This document shows positions 22,674 through 31,839 of a DNA stretch of 64,000 nt, piece after piece; within the stretch, counting starts at the first letter, position 1, and each line of letters starts with the position of its first letter. The notes beneath the pieces were generated by a model that was given only the letters and a program-made list of their open reading frames with translations, was not told the origin of the DNA and did no database searches. A program made the position numbers and the translations under genes. This stretch comes from Candidatus Binatia bacterium (GTDB lineage: Bacteria > Desulfobacterota > Binatia > UBA9968 > JAJDTQ01), in assembly GCA_963666515.2 (NCBI GenBank), contig OY762897.2, positions 4,096,001 through 4,160,000 of the forward strand, read 5' to 3'.

Positions 22674-22689
22674 CGACTAAATTTAGTCG
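22674..22689. promoter_or_regulatory. Perfect 16-bp palindrome (operator-like)
   Basis: CGACTAAATTTAGTCG, with a partial copy CGTCTAAATTTCG just downstream. Confidence 0.5.
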
Positions 22690-22800
22690 CTCGTCTAAAT
22701 TTCGCTTTCTCGACCCGCGCTTACTTTTCGTGAGCGAAACCCTTAAGATCACCTTCCATCCCGTTTCGACGCGGACATCACCGAGGAGGAAGCCACACCC

Positions 22801-24063
22801 ATGAGCTTTGAACCCAAGACACCGGCGTTCTGGGACAAGGGGGCCCTGCGCAAGGAACTCGATCGCGTGTTCGACATCTGCTACGGCTGCACGCTTTGCC
22901 ACACTCTCTGTCCGTCCTTCGTGAGCCTGTTCCAGATGATGGACGAGAACTTCGGTGACGCGACTTCCCTGAAGGACGAGCAGATGAAGTCGGTGGTGGA
23001 CCAGTGCTACCAGTGCAAGCTCTGCGACCCCATCTGTCCTTATGTCCCGCCCCACGAGTGGGACATCGACTTTCCCAGGACCATGATGCGGGCGACCCTG
23101 GTGGAAGCCAAGGAGCACGGCGTAAGCTGGGCCGACCGGCTGATGGGGGACACGGACCGGGCCGGGCGGCTGGCGAGCTGGATGGCGCCGCTGGTCAACT
23201 GGGCCAACCGGACCCCGCTCGTGCGCCGCCTGATGGAGAAGTACCTGGGCGTGCACCGCGACCGGCTGCTGCCTACGTATCACGGCCAGACCTTCGCTAA
23301 GTGGAACCGCAAGCGTGCTGCGGCCGTCAAGGGCAACGGCGGGGAGAAGGCGGCGCTGTTCTACACCTGCACGGTCAACTACAACGAGCCGGACATCGGC
23401 AAGGCCGCGGTGGGCGTGCTGGAGAAGAACGGCGTCGAGTGCGCGGTCCCCGAGCAGCAGTGCTGCGGCATGCCGTTCATCGACGTGGGCCTGCTGGATG
23501 AGGCGGTGAAGAAGATCGAGGCCAACGTGAAGAGCCTCAGCGAGGCCGTGCGGCAGGGCTACAAGATCGTGGTGCCCACCGCGAGCTGCAGCTACATGCT
23601 CAAGCAGGACTACCCGCGCATGCTGCCCACCGACGATACGAAGCTGGTGGCGGAGAACACCCTGGACCTGTCGGAGTACCTGGTGCAGCTCAACGAGGCC
23701 GGCAAGCTGGACGTGGACTTTTCACAGGCGGCCGGCAAGATCCGCTATCACCAGCCGTGCCATCTCAAGGCCCAGGACATCGGCTTCAAGGCCCAGGAGC
23801 TGATGCAGCTCATCCCCGATACGGAGGTCTCCCGCATGCAGTGCTGCAGCGGGCACGACGGAACCTGGAGCGTGAAGAAGGAGAACTTCGAGGCGTCGAT
23901 GCAGGTGGGCAGGCCGCTGTTCAAGTTCATGCGGCCGGACGACGCGTGCACGGTGACGGACTGTCCGCTGTCCGCGGTTCAGGTGGAGCAGGGGACCGGC
24001 AGGAAGCCGGTGCACCCCATCATCGTGATGGCGCGGGCCTACGGGCTCGAGGTCGAGTCGTAA
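22801..24063 (+). CDS. GlpC/HdrD-like Fe-S oxidoreductase (4Fe-4S dicluster plus CCG domains)
   Basis: CYGCTLCHTLCP, CYQCKLCDPICP, QCCGMP and CCSGHDG motifs. Confidence 0.9.
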   Translation: MSFEPKTPAFWDKGALRKELDRVFDICYGCTLCHTLCPSFVSLFQMMDENFGDATSLKDEQMKSVVDQCYQCKLCDPICPYVPPHEWDIDFPRTMMRATLVEAKEHGVSWADRLMGDTDRAGRLASWMAPLVNWANRTPLVRRLMEKYLGVHRDRLLPTYHGQTFAKWNRKRAAAVKGNGGEKAALFYTCTVNYNEPDIGKAAVGVLEKNGVECAVPEQQCCGMPFIDVGLLDEAVKKIEANVKSLSEAVRQGYKIVVPTASCSYMLKQDYPRMLPTDDTKLVAENTLDLSEYLVQLNEAGKLDVDFSQAAGKIRYHQPCHLKAQDIGFKAQELMQLIPDTEVSRMQCCSGHDGTWSVKKENFEASMQVGRPLFKFMRPDDACTVTDCPLSAVQVEQGTGRKPVHPIIVMARAYGLEVES

Positions 24064-24097
24064 GCCGCGCGCCTTTCGGATTATCCCCGTTTCCGGG

Positions 24098-25213
24098 CTA
24101 CCTCGGGTCGAGGATCCAGCCGCCTTCCTTTTCCATGCCGATGACGAGCTCGTCGTCGGCATCCGAGGGCATCACCTCTTCCAGGTGCTTGGCGTAGTCC
24201 TCGTCGGAGAGCAGCTCGCCGGTGACGCTGTAGGGCTGGCCGGCGTAGTTGCCGATGTAGCGGCGGAACTTGTCGCTGGGAATCTCCAGCTTGGGCTGGT
24301 CGTCGGCGATGTTGTGGTTCAACGCATCCACCAGCGCCTGCACCTCCTTGAAGAAGGTCGTCCTTGACAGCTCGTTCAGCCGGTCCATGTCCGCCGGCTC
24401 GTCGTACAGGTGCTCGTCGTAGCGCCCCTTGAGGCCCCAGACATAGGCCCAGTGGGCCGAGCTGGACTCGTCCTGCCCGAACAGGTCGTAGGCGGTGGAG
24501 ATCCACTTGTTGAAGTACTTCTGGATGATGGGCATGGGGATCTTGCCGGCCTTGACGATGCGCATCAGCCCGATGTTGCCCTGGGCCAGGTGGTAGGCCT
24601 CTTCCTTCAGCATCGGCAGGGTGCTGCGGCCCAGCGGCGCGAAGGCGCTGCGGCTCAGCATGTTGAGCTGGTACTTGCCGTCGCGGTCGATGAAGCTCGT
24701 GTAGACGAAGAAGTCGAGCCAGTTCCGCACCGGCTGGTTGAAGGAGTCCAGCAGGCGTGAGCCCTCGGACGCGCGCCGCTCCAGCAGCCGCTGGGACTGG
24801 CGCTTGCCGGACTCGCCGAACTGGGTTACCAGCACGTAGGCCATCTGCCAGCCGTGGCGCATCTCTTCGCGGTTGATGCGGATCAGGTTCTTCAGGTCCA
24901 CGTCGGTGGGAGCGCGCTCGATCAGGTTGGTCTGCTGCTCCACCGAGGCGAACTCGGTGTCGCCCTGGAACTCGATCAGGTGGGCCAGCGCGTCCTGGAT
25001 CCGCTGGTCGGGAATGTCCGTGACCTTCTCCCACTTGGGCCGTCCCGAGTACTCGCCGAACTCGATCTCGTTGCTCTCCACGTCGTCGAGCTTGGTCTCG
25101 AAGGTGTAGTCGCCTCCGATCAGCTCCGTGGGATAGCCGATGTCGTCGTGCCACTGGTGGAAGGCGTCCACCCAGTCGTCGAAGGTGTCGATCCTTTCTT
25201 TCTTTATCAACAT
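24098..25213 (-). CDS. BoxB/PaaA-like aryl-CoA epoxidase diiron subunit (short form)
   Basis: GDTEFASVEQQ, EEMRH, DRDGKYQL and EEAYH parallel BoxB diiron ligands. Confidence 0.8.
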   Translation of the reverse strand: MLIKKERIDTFDDWVDAFHQWHDDIGYPTELIGGDYTFETKLDDVESNEIEFGEYSGRPKWEKVTDIPDQRIQDALAHLIEFQGDTEFASVEQQTNLIERAPTDVDLKNLIRINREEMRHGWQMAYVLVTQFGESGKRQSQRLLERRASEGSRLLDSFNQPVRNWLDFFVYTSFIDRDGKYQLNMLSRSAFAPLGRSTLPMLKEEAYHLAQGNIGLMRIVKAGKIPMPIIQKYFNKWISTAYDLFGQDESSSAHWAYVWGLKGRYDEHLYDEPADMDRLNELSRTTFFKEVQALVDALNHNIADDQPKLEIPSDKFRRYIGNYAGQPYSVTGELLSDEDYAKHLEEVMPSDADDELVIGMEKEGGWILDPR

Positions 25214-25367
25214 GTCCCGCTCCTTTCCTAATGAACGCTCGTCCGAATTGCCCGTATCTTAATGCGTGCGGAGGAATTTTGCAAGCCCAAAATGGCAAAA
25301 AATCGCTACCCGGCCAACTCTCCGCAGAGCCAGCGGACGATGGTGGGAAGGGTCTCCGGCGTACGCC

Positions 25368-26618
25368 TCAACCGACGACGGTGATCTCCTCGATGGGAAA
25401 CTGCGTGGTGACCTGCGGTCCTTCCTCGGTCACCACCAGCATCTCCTCCAGCCGGACGCCCCACTGGAGCGGCTTGCCGTGCTGGGTCTCCAGAGCGAAG
25501 CTCATGCCCGGCTCGATCACCACCGGGTGGTCCAGCGAGTAGATGCGCGACACCACCGGGGTGTCGTACTGCGCCAGTCCGAGTCCGTGCCCCCACAGGT
25601 TGGCGGCCGCCTGGTCCTCTTCCTCGTAGCCCCAGGTGTCCTTGGCCGACGGCCACACCTCGGCGATGTCCTTGGTGGTGGCGCCCGGCCGCACCTTGTC
25701 GATGGCGTCGTAGAGCCACCGGTAGGCGAGGTCGTAGTACCGCCGCTGCTCGTCGGTGGGCTTCTTGCCGACGCAGTAGGTGCGGTACATGCAGCTCTTG
25801 TAGCCGTTCCAGGTCACCGCGGCCATGTCGATGATGACCAGGTCGCCGGGCTGGATGATGCGGTCGGAGAAGTGCCGCCAGTTGGGCCAACTGTTGGGCC
25901 CCGACGACACGATGATGTCCTCTACGTCCTCGATGCCGGGAATGTTGTAGAGGAACTCCATGGCGAACGCCGTGATCTGGTGCTCCTGCATGCCGGCCAC
26001 GAGGAAGTGCGAGATAGCCGTATGGCAGGCGTCGCAGATGGCCGCGACGATGCGCATGGCCTCCAGCTCGTCGATGTTCTTGATGGCGCGGGCCGAGACC
26101 ATGGGCGACATGCCGTCGGTCCACTGGATGCCGTGGGCGTTGAAGGAGTTGATCATGTTGAGGTCGATGAAGTCCACGCCCAGCGGCGCCTTGTCCACGC
26201 CGTACTTCTTCATCTCGTCCAGGATCGCGCGGGTGAATTTGGTCACCTGCTGCTCGGCCGCGCCGCCGACGGCGCCCTTGATCCACGAGTAGGCGTAGCG
26301 CACGTTGTCCTTGGGTATCCACGGGCAGTGGCGGTTGATCTGGGTGCCGATGTCGCCCTGCTCGAACAGCACCGGCTCCGCCCCCTCGCACAGCAGCGCG
26401 TAGCGCAGCCCCGGTTTGAGCCGGCACCATCCCGGAGTCACGGTGCTGGTGACGTAGCGCACGTTCTCGTCGTACATCACGAGCATGGCGCCGAGGCCGG
26501 CGGTCTTCATGGCCTCCCGCGCCCGGTTCAGGCGATATTCGCGCAGCCGGTTCCAGTTGATGCGCTGCTGCCAATCGGTTCCCACCAGACCAAAGCTCGA
26601 TGTCGAACGCTCGACCAT
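25368..26618 (-). CDS. M24 (Xaa-Pro peptidase/creatinase-fold) hydrolase
   Basis: IIDM, GYKSCMYRT, GHGLG, FALET and VRLEEM motifs. Confidence 0.85.
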   Translation of the reverse strand: MVERSTSSFGLVGTDWQQRINWNRLREYRLNRAREAMKTAGLGAMLVMYDENVRYVTSTVTPGWCRLKPGLRYALLCEGAEPVLFEQGDIGTQINRHCPWIPKDNVRYAYSWIKGAVGGAAEQQVTKFTRAILDEMKKYGVDKAPLGVDFIDLNMINSFNAHGIQWTDGMSPMVSARAIKNIDELEAMRIVAAICDACHTAISHFLVAGMQEHQITAFAMEFLYNIPGIEDVEDIIVSSGPNSWPNWRHFSDRIIQPGDLVIIDMAAVTWNGYKSCMYRTYCVGKKPTDEQRRYYDLAYRWLYDAIDKVRPGATTKDIAEVWPSAKDTWGYEEEDQAAANLWGHGLGLAQYDTPVVSRIYSLDHPVVIEPGMSFALETQHGKPLQWGVRLEEMLVVTEEGPQVTTQFPIEEITVVG

Positions 26619-26653
26619 GGAAGACTCCTTTCAGGTGCCGTTACTGTCGGCGG

Positions 26654-27637
26654 TTACGGCCGGTTTGACTGGACCACCTCGCGGTTGATCAGCGAGTAGG
26701 GCAGCTCTCCCTTGAGCACGCTGACCACCTGCCCCACGGCCCGGCGGCGCATGTCCGCGCGGGCCTCCTCGGAGAGCCAGGCGGAGTGGGGCGTCAGGAT
26801 GACGTTGTCGAGGGTGGTGACGGCATCGCCGACCTCGGGCGGCTCCCGTTCCAGGACGTCCAGGCCCGCGCCGGCAATGTCTCCCTGCTGCAAGGCCTGG
26901 ATCAGGTCCGCCTGGTTCACGATCCTGCCCCGGGCCACGTTGATCAGGAAAGCCGTGGGCTTCATCTTCGCGAACACCCCGGCGTTGATCATGCCTTCGG
27001 TCGCCGGCATCAGCGGAACGTGAATGGAAACGTAGTCCGACGCCGCCAGCAGCGTGTCGAGGTCCACAAGCTCCGCCTCCAGCTTCCGAGCCGTGTCTTC
27101 GTCCACGTACGGATCACTGGCCAGCACTTTCAGCCCGAAGCCATGCGCTCTGGCGGCCACGGCCTTGCCGATCTGCCCGATGCCCACGAGCCCAAGCGTC
27201 TGGCCGCGAAGCCGCCGCAGCACCGGCATCTTGTTCAGGTCCCAGGCGCCGTCCCGGGCGATGCGCCCGGCCGGGAATAGCCCGCGGCCGCACGCCAGCA
27301 GCATCGCCATGGCCTGGTCCGCCACCTCGTCGATGCAGTACTCCGTGGTGTTGGCCACCATGATCCCGCATCGGGTCGCGGCATCCACGTCCACGTTGTC
27401 GTAGCCGATGCCGAACCGCACGATGACCCGGCAGCGCTCCAGGCTCTCTATGACCTTCGGCGTCATGCGCGCGTAGGTGTTGAGGATGGCGTCGGCGTTG
27501 CGGCACAGGGAGATGACGTCGTCCTCGCCCTTGTGCTGCCCGACGACGAGTTCGGTGTCCATCTCCCGGAACATCCGGGCTTCGTCGTCCATGGACGGGA
27601 ACAGGTGGTCGGTGACGGCGACGGTGTGGCGTGGCAT
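26654..27637 (-). CDS. D-2-hydroxyacid dehydrogenase (CtBP/SerA-like)
   Basis: GIGYDNVD, GIGQIG, INVARG, LDVLEREP and TPHSAW motifs. Confidence 0.9.
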   Translation of the reverse strand: MPRHTVAVTDHLFPSMDDEARMFREMDTELVVGQHKGEDDVISLCRNADAILNTYARMTPKVIESLERCRVIVRFGIGYDNVDVDAATRCGIMVANTTEYCIDEVADQAMAMLLACGRGLFPAGRIARDGAWDLNKMPVLRRLRGQTLGLVGIGQIGKAVAARAHGFGLKVLASDPYVDEDTARKLEAELVDLDTLLAASDYVSIHVPLMPATEGMINAGVFAKMKPTAFLINVARGRIVNQADLIQALQQGDIAGAGLDVLEREPPEVGDAVTTLDNVILTPHSAWLSEEARADMRRRAVGQVVSVLKGELPYSLINREVVQSNRP

Positions 27638-27696
27638 GGAAAAGGTTTCCGAGATCAATCCGGGGAGCCTATAACACTGACTCCGGCTCAGCAATT

Positions 27697-27930
27697 TCAG
27701 CCGGCCATCCGGTGTTCTCGCGCATGTGTGATGTCCGTGCTGCTGACGGGCCTGACCTGGAACGGCAAGACCGTAGCCATTGCGGCCGTATTGCCATCGA
27801 GGGTAAGGAACTCAACCTCGAAAGCCTCTCCACGAGGATAGATGTGGACGATCGTCCCAACGTCGCCGGTCTTCAGACGCTGGTCGGGAATGTCGTCCAT
27901 GAGCACGATACGGTCATGTTCTTTGAGCAT
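27697..27930 (-). CDS. DUF4926-like protein (putative antitoxin/immunity partner)
   Basis: MLKEHDRIVL..D...LKTGDVGTIVHIY...AFEVEF. Confidence 0.8.
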   Translation of the reverse strand: MLKEHDRIVLMDDIPDQRLKTGDVGTIVHIYPRGEAFEVEFLTLDGNTAAMATVLPFQVRPVSSTDITHAREHRMAG

Positions 27931-27934
27931 CTGG

Positions 27935-28201
27935 CTATCCTCTGAGCGGATGTGCGGTAACAAGTCGCGGCTCGTCATTGACGTTGTCGACAATCCAGAC
28001 GGTCCGGATGGTTGGGTTCCGTCCGTCCGGGGATTCGATGATACCATCGACCATGTACCGCGTGCCATAGGCTGATTCTTCGACTCCGATTACTTCATTC
28101 GTTGCGCCGTGAGCCCGCAGTGCCTCGGCGAGTTCATGCCGGTGCCCTTGATCAAAACCGAATCGCAGGAAGAACGCTGCCTTGCTCCGGCCATCGGAAT
28201 G
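27935..28201 (-). pseudogene. 5'-truncated DUF6883-like (putative nuclease toxin) gene
   Basis: Manual translation HSDGRSKAAFFLRFGF...YGTRYMVDGIIESPDGRNPTIRTVWIVD...PRLVTAHPLRG*; N-terminus missing. Confidence 0.7.
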
Positions 28202-28202
28202 G

Positions 28203-28814
28203 CGGACGGTTCGACAAGGGATATTCCCAGGTTCTCAGTCCATGCATCTGGCGGGGCAGGGGGTCTATGGCAAGACGCTGGGCATCGTGGGGCTCGGACG
28301 TATTGGCGAGGCCATGGCCCGGCGCGCCCGGGGGTTCGATATGCGCGTGCTCTACACCAAGCGGCACCGTCTGGAGATCGAGAGGGAAAGAGAGCTTGGG
28401 GTGGAATACGTGCTTTTGGAAGAGTTGCTCCGCAACTCGGATTTCGTTTCCATCAACGCCGCCAGCACTCTCGAAACCCATCACCTCATCGGTGTTGACG
28501 AGTTGCGTGCCATGAAGCCCACTGCCTGCCTCATCAACACCGCGCGCGGGCCGCTGGTGGACGAGGTCGCGCTGGCGGTTGCTCTTCGGGAGAAGGTGAT
28601 CGCTGGAGCGGCGCTGGACGTGTTCGAGCACGAGCCCGAGGTTTATGCGGACCTGCTGGGACGCGCCGATGTCGTGCTCACGCCGCATCTCGGGAGCGCG
28701 GTGTCCGAAACCCGAGAAAGAATGGCCTTGATCGTAGCGGAGAACATCATCGCCGTGATGGAAGGGCGGCGCCCGCCCAACCTCTTCAACCCCGAGGCCT
28801 ATCGACGGGGGTAG
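28203..28814 (+). pseudogene. 5'-truncated glyoxylate reductase/D-glycerate dehydrogenase
   Basis: VYGKTLGIVGLGRIG, INTARGP, LDVFEHEP and TPHLGS present; N-terminal substrate-binding domain absent. Confidence 0.75.
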
Positions 28815-28823
28815 GAGAAAGAG

Positions 28824-28991
28824 TCACTCCGACTTTCTTCTCTGGAGTCGTTCCTGTCGGAGAAGGACGGCGAGGCTCTTTGCATCGATGCCCCTATCTC
28901 CGTGGCGCACGTCGTCTTCAGCCGCGTCGAGCAACTCGTACAGCTTCAGCCGCGCTTGGTCCCGTTCGCGGGCTGCCGGTCTCATCACCAT
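28824..28991 (-). pseudogene. Probable Phd/YefM antitoxin C-terminal fragment
   Basis: MVMRPAARERDQARLKLYELLDAAEDDVRHGDRG; TGATG overlap with the cyclase stop. Confidence 0.4.
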
Positions 28992-29680
28992 CAGTCGTCC
29001 ATCAGCGCCACCGCCCGGGTCGGTCCGCCGTGCGAGCCCTTGAGCCGCAGGGGGAACCCGACGAAGGTGAAGCGCTTGCCCGCCACCTCGGTCAGCATCA
29101 GGTTCTCGTAGTGGGTGATGTGGTGGAAGCGGCACATCATGTGGCACGGGTAGGTCTTGCTGACGGGGTTGTCCGGCGTCGGCGTGTCCACCCCGAAGGT
29201 CTTGACGCCCTTTTCCACCAGCCACATGCTGCCTTCCTCGCCCAGGCCCGGAAAGGTCGTGAGGTATTCCGGCTGCCCCACGTAGCGGTCGTAAGTACCG
29301 GTGTAGAGCAGCAGGATGTCGCCCTTCCTCAGTTCGTGCCCGGATTTTTCCACCGCGGCGTCCAGCTCGTCGGGCATGATGTCGGTGCAGGGCTCCTTGT
29401 GGGATACGTCGATGCACAGGGCCGGGCCGTAGAACAGGTCCAGCGGCATCTGGTCGATGGTGGCCGCGCCGGGGCGCGGGTCCAGATGGCTGAAGGAGTC
29501 CACATGGGTGGGGCCGTTGTCGTTCAGCAGGATGCCCGTTGTCTGGAACGAGAAGCCGCCCTCGAACCGTTGCGCCGTTTCCTCGTGGGTGGCGTGCTGG
29601 AAGATGACGGTCTTCAGGTGCCCGGGGTAGACGTTCATTCCCTGATAGATCTCCACCGACAAATCCACTAGACGAGCCAT
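28991..29680 (-). CDS. Cyclase family (kynurenine formamidase-like) metal hydrolase
   Basis: VDLS, PTHVDSFSH, GVDTPTPD, YENL and GSHGGPTRAVA motifs. Confidence 0.9.
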   Translation of the reverse strand: MARLVDLSVEIYQGMNVYPGHLKTVIFQHATHEETAQRFEGGFSFQTTGILLNDNGPTHVDSFSHLDPRPGAATIDQMPLDLFYGPALCIDVSHKEPCTDIMPDELDAAVEKSGHELRKGDILLLYTGTYDRYVGQPEYLTTFPGLGEEGSMWLVEKGVKTFGVDTPTPDNPVSKTYPCHMMCRFHHITHYENLMLTEVAGKRFTFVGFPLRLKGSHGGPTRAVALMDD

Positions 29681-29708
29681 CGAATACCTCCTTTGAATTG
29701 CTGCGGCC

Positions 29709-30497
29709 TTAGTACGTCACCAGTCCCGCCGACACGTTCATGTCCTCACCCGTAATCGACCGCGCCCCTTCGGACGCCAGGAACACCACCGCCGCGGCTA
29801 CTTCCCCGGGTTCCACCAGGCGGTTCAACGGCGAGCCTCCGGCCAGTTCGGCCCGCACCTCGTCGACGCTGATGCCTCGCCCCTCCGCCTGCTTCCGCAT
29901 CATCCATTCGATGCGCTCGCCTTCCACCGCGCCGGGTGAGATCAGGTTCACGCGGACGCCATAGGGGCCGGTCTCCAGGGCCAGCGTCCGCGTCAGGCCC
30001 ACCAGCGCCAGCTTGCTGGCGGCGTAGGGCGTCCGTCCCCACAGCGGCCGCTTGCCGGTCATGGAGCCGATGATCACCACCACGCCGGAGCGCCGTTCGA
30101 TCATGGAAGGCAGGAACGCCCGGCAGCACAGGAAGGTGCCGGTGACGTTCACCGCGAAGGTGGATTCCCAGTCCGCTGGGTCGGTTTCCCACAGGGCCGC
30201 GGAGGGGCCTCCGACGCCGCTGTTGTTCACCAGCAGGTCCACGCGGCCGAAATGCTCCAGGATATGCCGCGCCGAATCGTCTACGTTGGCGGCGTCGGTG
30301 ATGTCGGTGACTGCCACGAGCGCTTTGCGCCCGAGGCTCTTCACTTGGGCGCGAGTCTCCTCGAGCGCCTCCGCGTTCCGGGCCGCCAGCGCCACGTCCG
30401 CACCTTCCCGCGCCAGCGTGACCGCGATCTCCCGGCCGATGCCGCGACCGGCCCCGGTCACGACGGCTACCTTGTCCTTCAGCGTCGACGGGCTCAA
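29709..30497 (-). CDS. SDR family oxidoreductase
   Basis: TGAGRGIG, NNSG and YAASK motifs. Confidence 0.9.
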   Translation of the reverse strand: MSPSTLKDKVAVVTGAGRGIGREIAVTLAREGADVALAARNAEALEETRAQVKSLGRKALVAVTDITDAANVDDSARHILEHFGRVDLLVNNSGVGGPSAALWETDPADWESTFAVNVTGTFLCCRAFLPSMIERRSGVVVIIGSMTGKRPLWGRTPYAASKLALVGLTRTLALETGPYGVRVNLISPGAVEGERIEWMMRKQAEGRGISVDEVRAELAGGSPLNRLVEPGEVAAAVVFLASEGARSITGEDMNVSAGLVTY

Positions 30498-30506
30498 TGG
30501 CGGCTC

Positions 30507-31802
30507 CTACGGCCCCTCCCCCGGCACGTCGTCGAAGCGGCGCGGGTCGAGTCTCAACCGCGCGGTGATGGCGTGGCCCTGCATGTGCTCGGCCTCGGAG
30601 ATGGCGTCCGCCGCCGGCGCCACCCGGCGCGAGCCCTCGGCCGCGACGCGCTGATAGGTGACGGTCTTGAGGAACTTTCCCACCCACAGGCCGCCGGTGT
30701 AGCGGGCGGCGCCGGCGGTGGGCAGCACGTGGTTGGTGCCGATGGACTTGTCGGAGTAGACCACGGTGGCGTGCCGGCCCAGGAAGAGGGTGCCGTAGTT
30801 GGTCAGGCGCTCCAGGAACCAGTCGGGGTTCCGGGTTTGGACTTCCAGGTGCTCCGGGGCGAAGGCGTCGGCCTCGCGCACCATCTCCTCGTCGCTGTCG
30901 CACACCGTGATGCTGCCGTAGTCGCGCCACGCCGGCCCGGCGATGTCCGCGGTGGGCCATGTCTCCAGCCAGCGGTCCACTTCCCGCGCGGTGGCCTCCG
31001 CCAGCTCCCGCGACGTGGTCACCAGCGCCGCCGGAGAGGTGGGGCCGTGTTCCGCTTGGCCCAGCAGGTCCGCCGCCACGATCTCCGGGTCGGCGGAGTC
31101 GTCCGCGATGATCAGGATCTCGGTGGGGCCGGCCAGGAGGTCGATGCCCGTCTGTCCGAAAAGCTGCCGCTTGGCTTCGGCAACGTAGGCGTTGCCCGCG
31201 CCCACCAGCATGTCCACCGGCTCCAGGTCTTCGATGCCGAAGGCCAGGGCGGCCAGCGCCTGCACCCCGCCGATGCAGAAGATCTCGTCGGCCCCGGACG
31301 ACGCCATGGCGAAGAGCTGCGGCGGGTGCATTCCCTGGCCCTTGCGCGGCGGCGCGCTGGCGACCACGCGGGGAACCCCGGCCGCCTTGGGCGTTACGAG
31401 GGTCATGATGGCCGACGCGATGAGGGGATAGGCGCCGCCCGGCGTGTAGGCGCCCACCGAGCGCACCGGGATCGATTTCTGCCCGAGCACCACGCCCGGC
31501 ATGGTTTCCCGCTCGAAGTCCTTGAGGCTGTCCCGCTGCAGCCCGGCGAAGTTGCGCACCTGTTCCTGGGCGAAGCGGATGTGTTCCTTGAGCGTGTCGT
31601 CGGTCGCCGCCTCGGCCTCGCCGATTCCCTGCTCCGATACCCGGAACGAAGGAGGGCTCCAATTGTCGAAGCGCTGCGAGTACCGGCGCACCGCGGCTTC
31701 GCCCTCTTTTTCCACCGCGCGGAGAATCTCGCTGACCGTGGCGCGGATCTGGTCCGTAACCGCCTGGGGCTTGGACTTGGGTGTTTTCAGGCGTTCCGCC
31801 AT
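30507..31802 (-). CDS. Histidinol dehydrogenase homologue (HisD/HpsN family), outside a his operon
   Basis: YTPGG, GAGNAYV, AGPTE, QAEHG, APEHLE and GTNHVLPT motifs. Confidence 0.85.
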   Translation of the reverse strand: MAERLKTPKSKPQAVTDQIRATVSEILRAVEKEGEAAVRRYSQRFDNWSPPSFRVSEQGIGEAEAATDDTLKEHIRFAQEQVRNFAGLQRDSLKDFERETMPGVVLGQKSIPVRSVGAYTPGGAYPLIASAIMTLVTPKAAGVPRVVASAPPRKGQGMHPPQLFAMASSGADEIFCIGGVQALAALAFGIEDLEPVDMLVGAGNAYVAEAKRQLFGQTGIDLLAGPTEILIIADDSADPEIVAADLLGQAEHGPTSPAALVTTSRELAEATAREVDRWLETWPTADIAGPAWRDYGSITVCDSDEEMVREADAFAPEHLEVQTRNPDWFLERLTNYGTLFLGRHATVVYSDKSIGTNHVLPTAGAARYTGGLWVGKFLKTVTYQRVAAEGSRRVAPAADAISEAEHMQGHAITARLRLDPRRFDDVPGEGP

Positions 31803-31839
31803 GGTGCTGTGCCTCGTAGGGGCGGGGAGGACACCGGCG

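Noticed and set aside
22674-22689. IscR type-1 site
   Set aside because: The GACT...AGTC spacing is 6 nt rather than 5 and the flanks do not match; kept only as a generic palindrome
30507-31802. Naming the gene hisD or hpsN, and naming 24098..25213 boxB
   Set aside because: The families are clear, but orthology cannot be settled without phylogeny and the usual operon partners are absent
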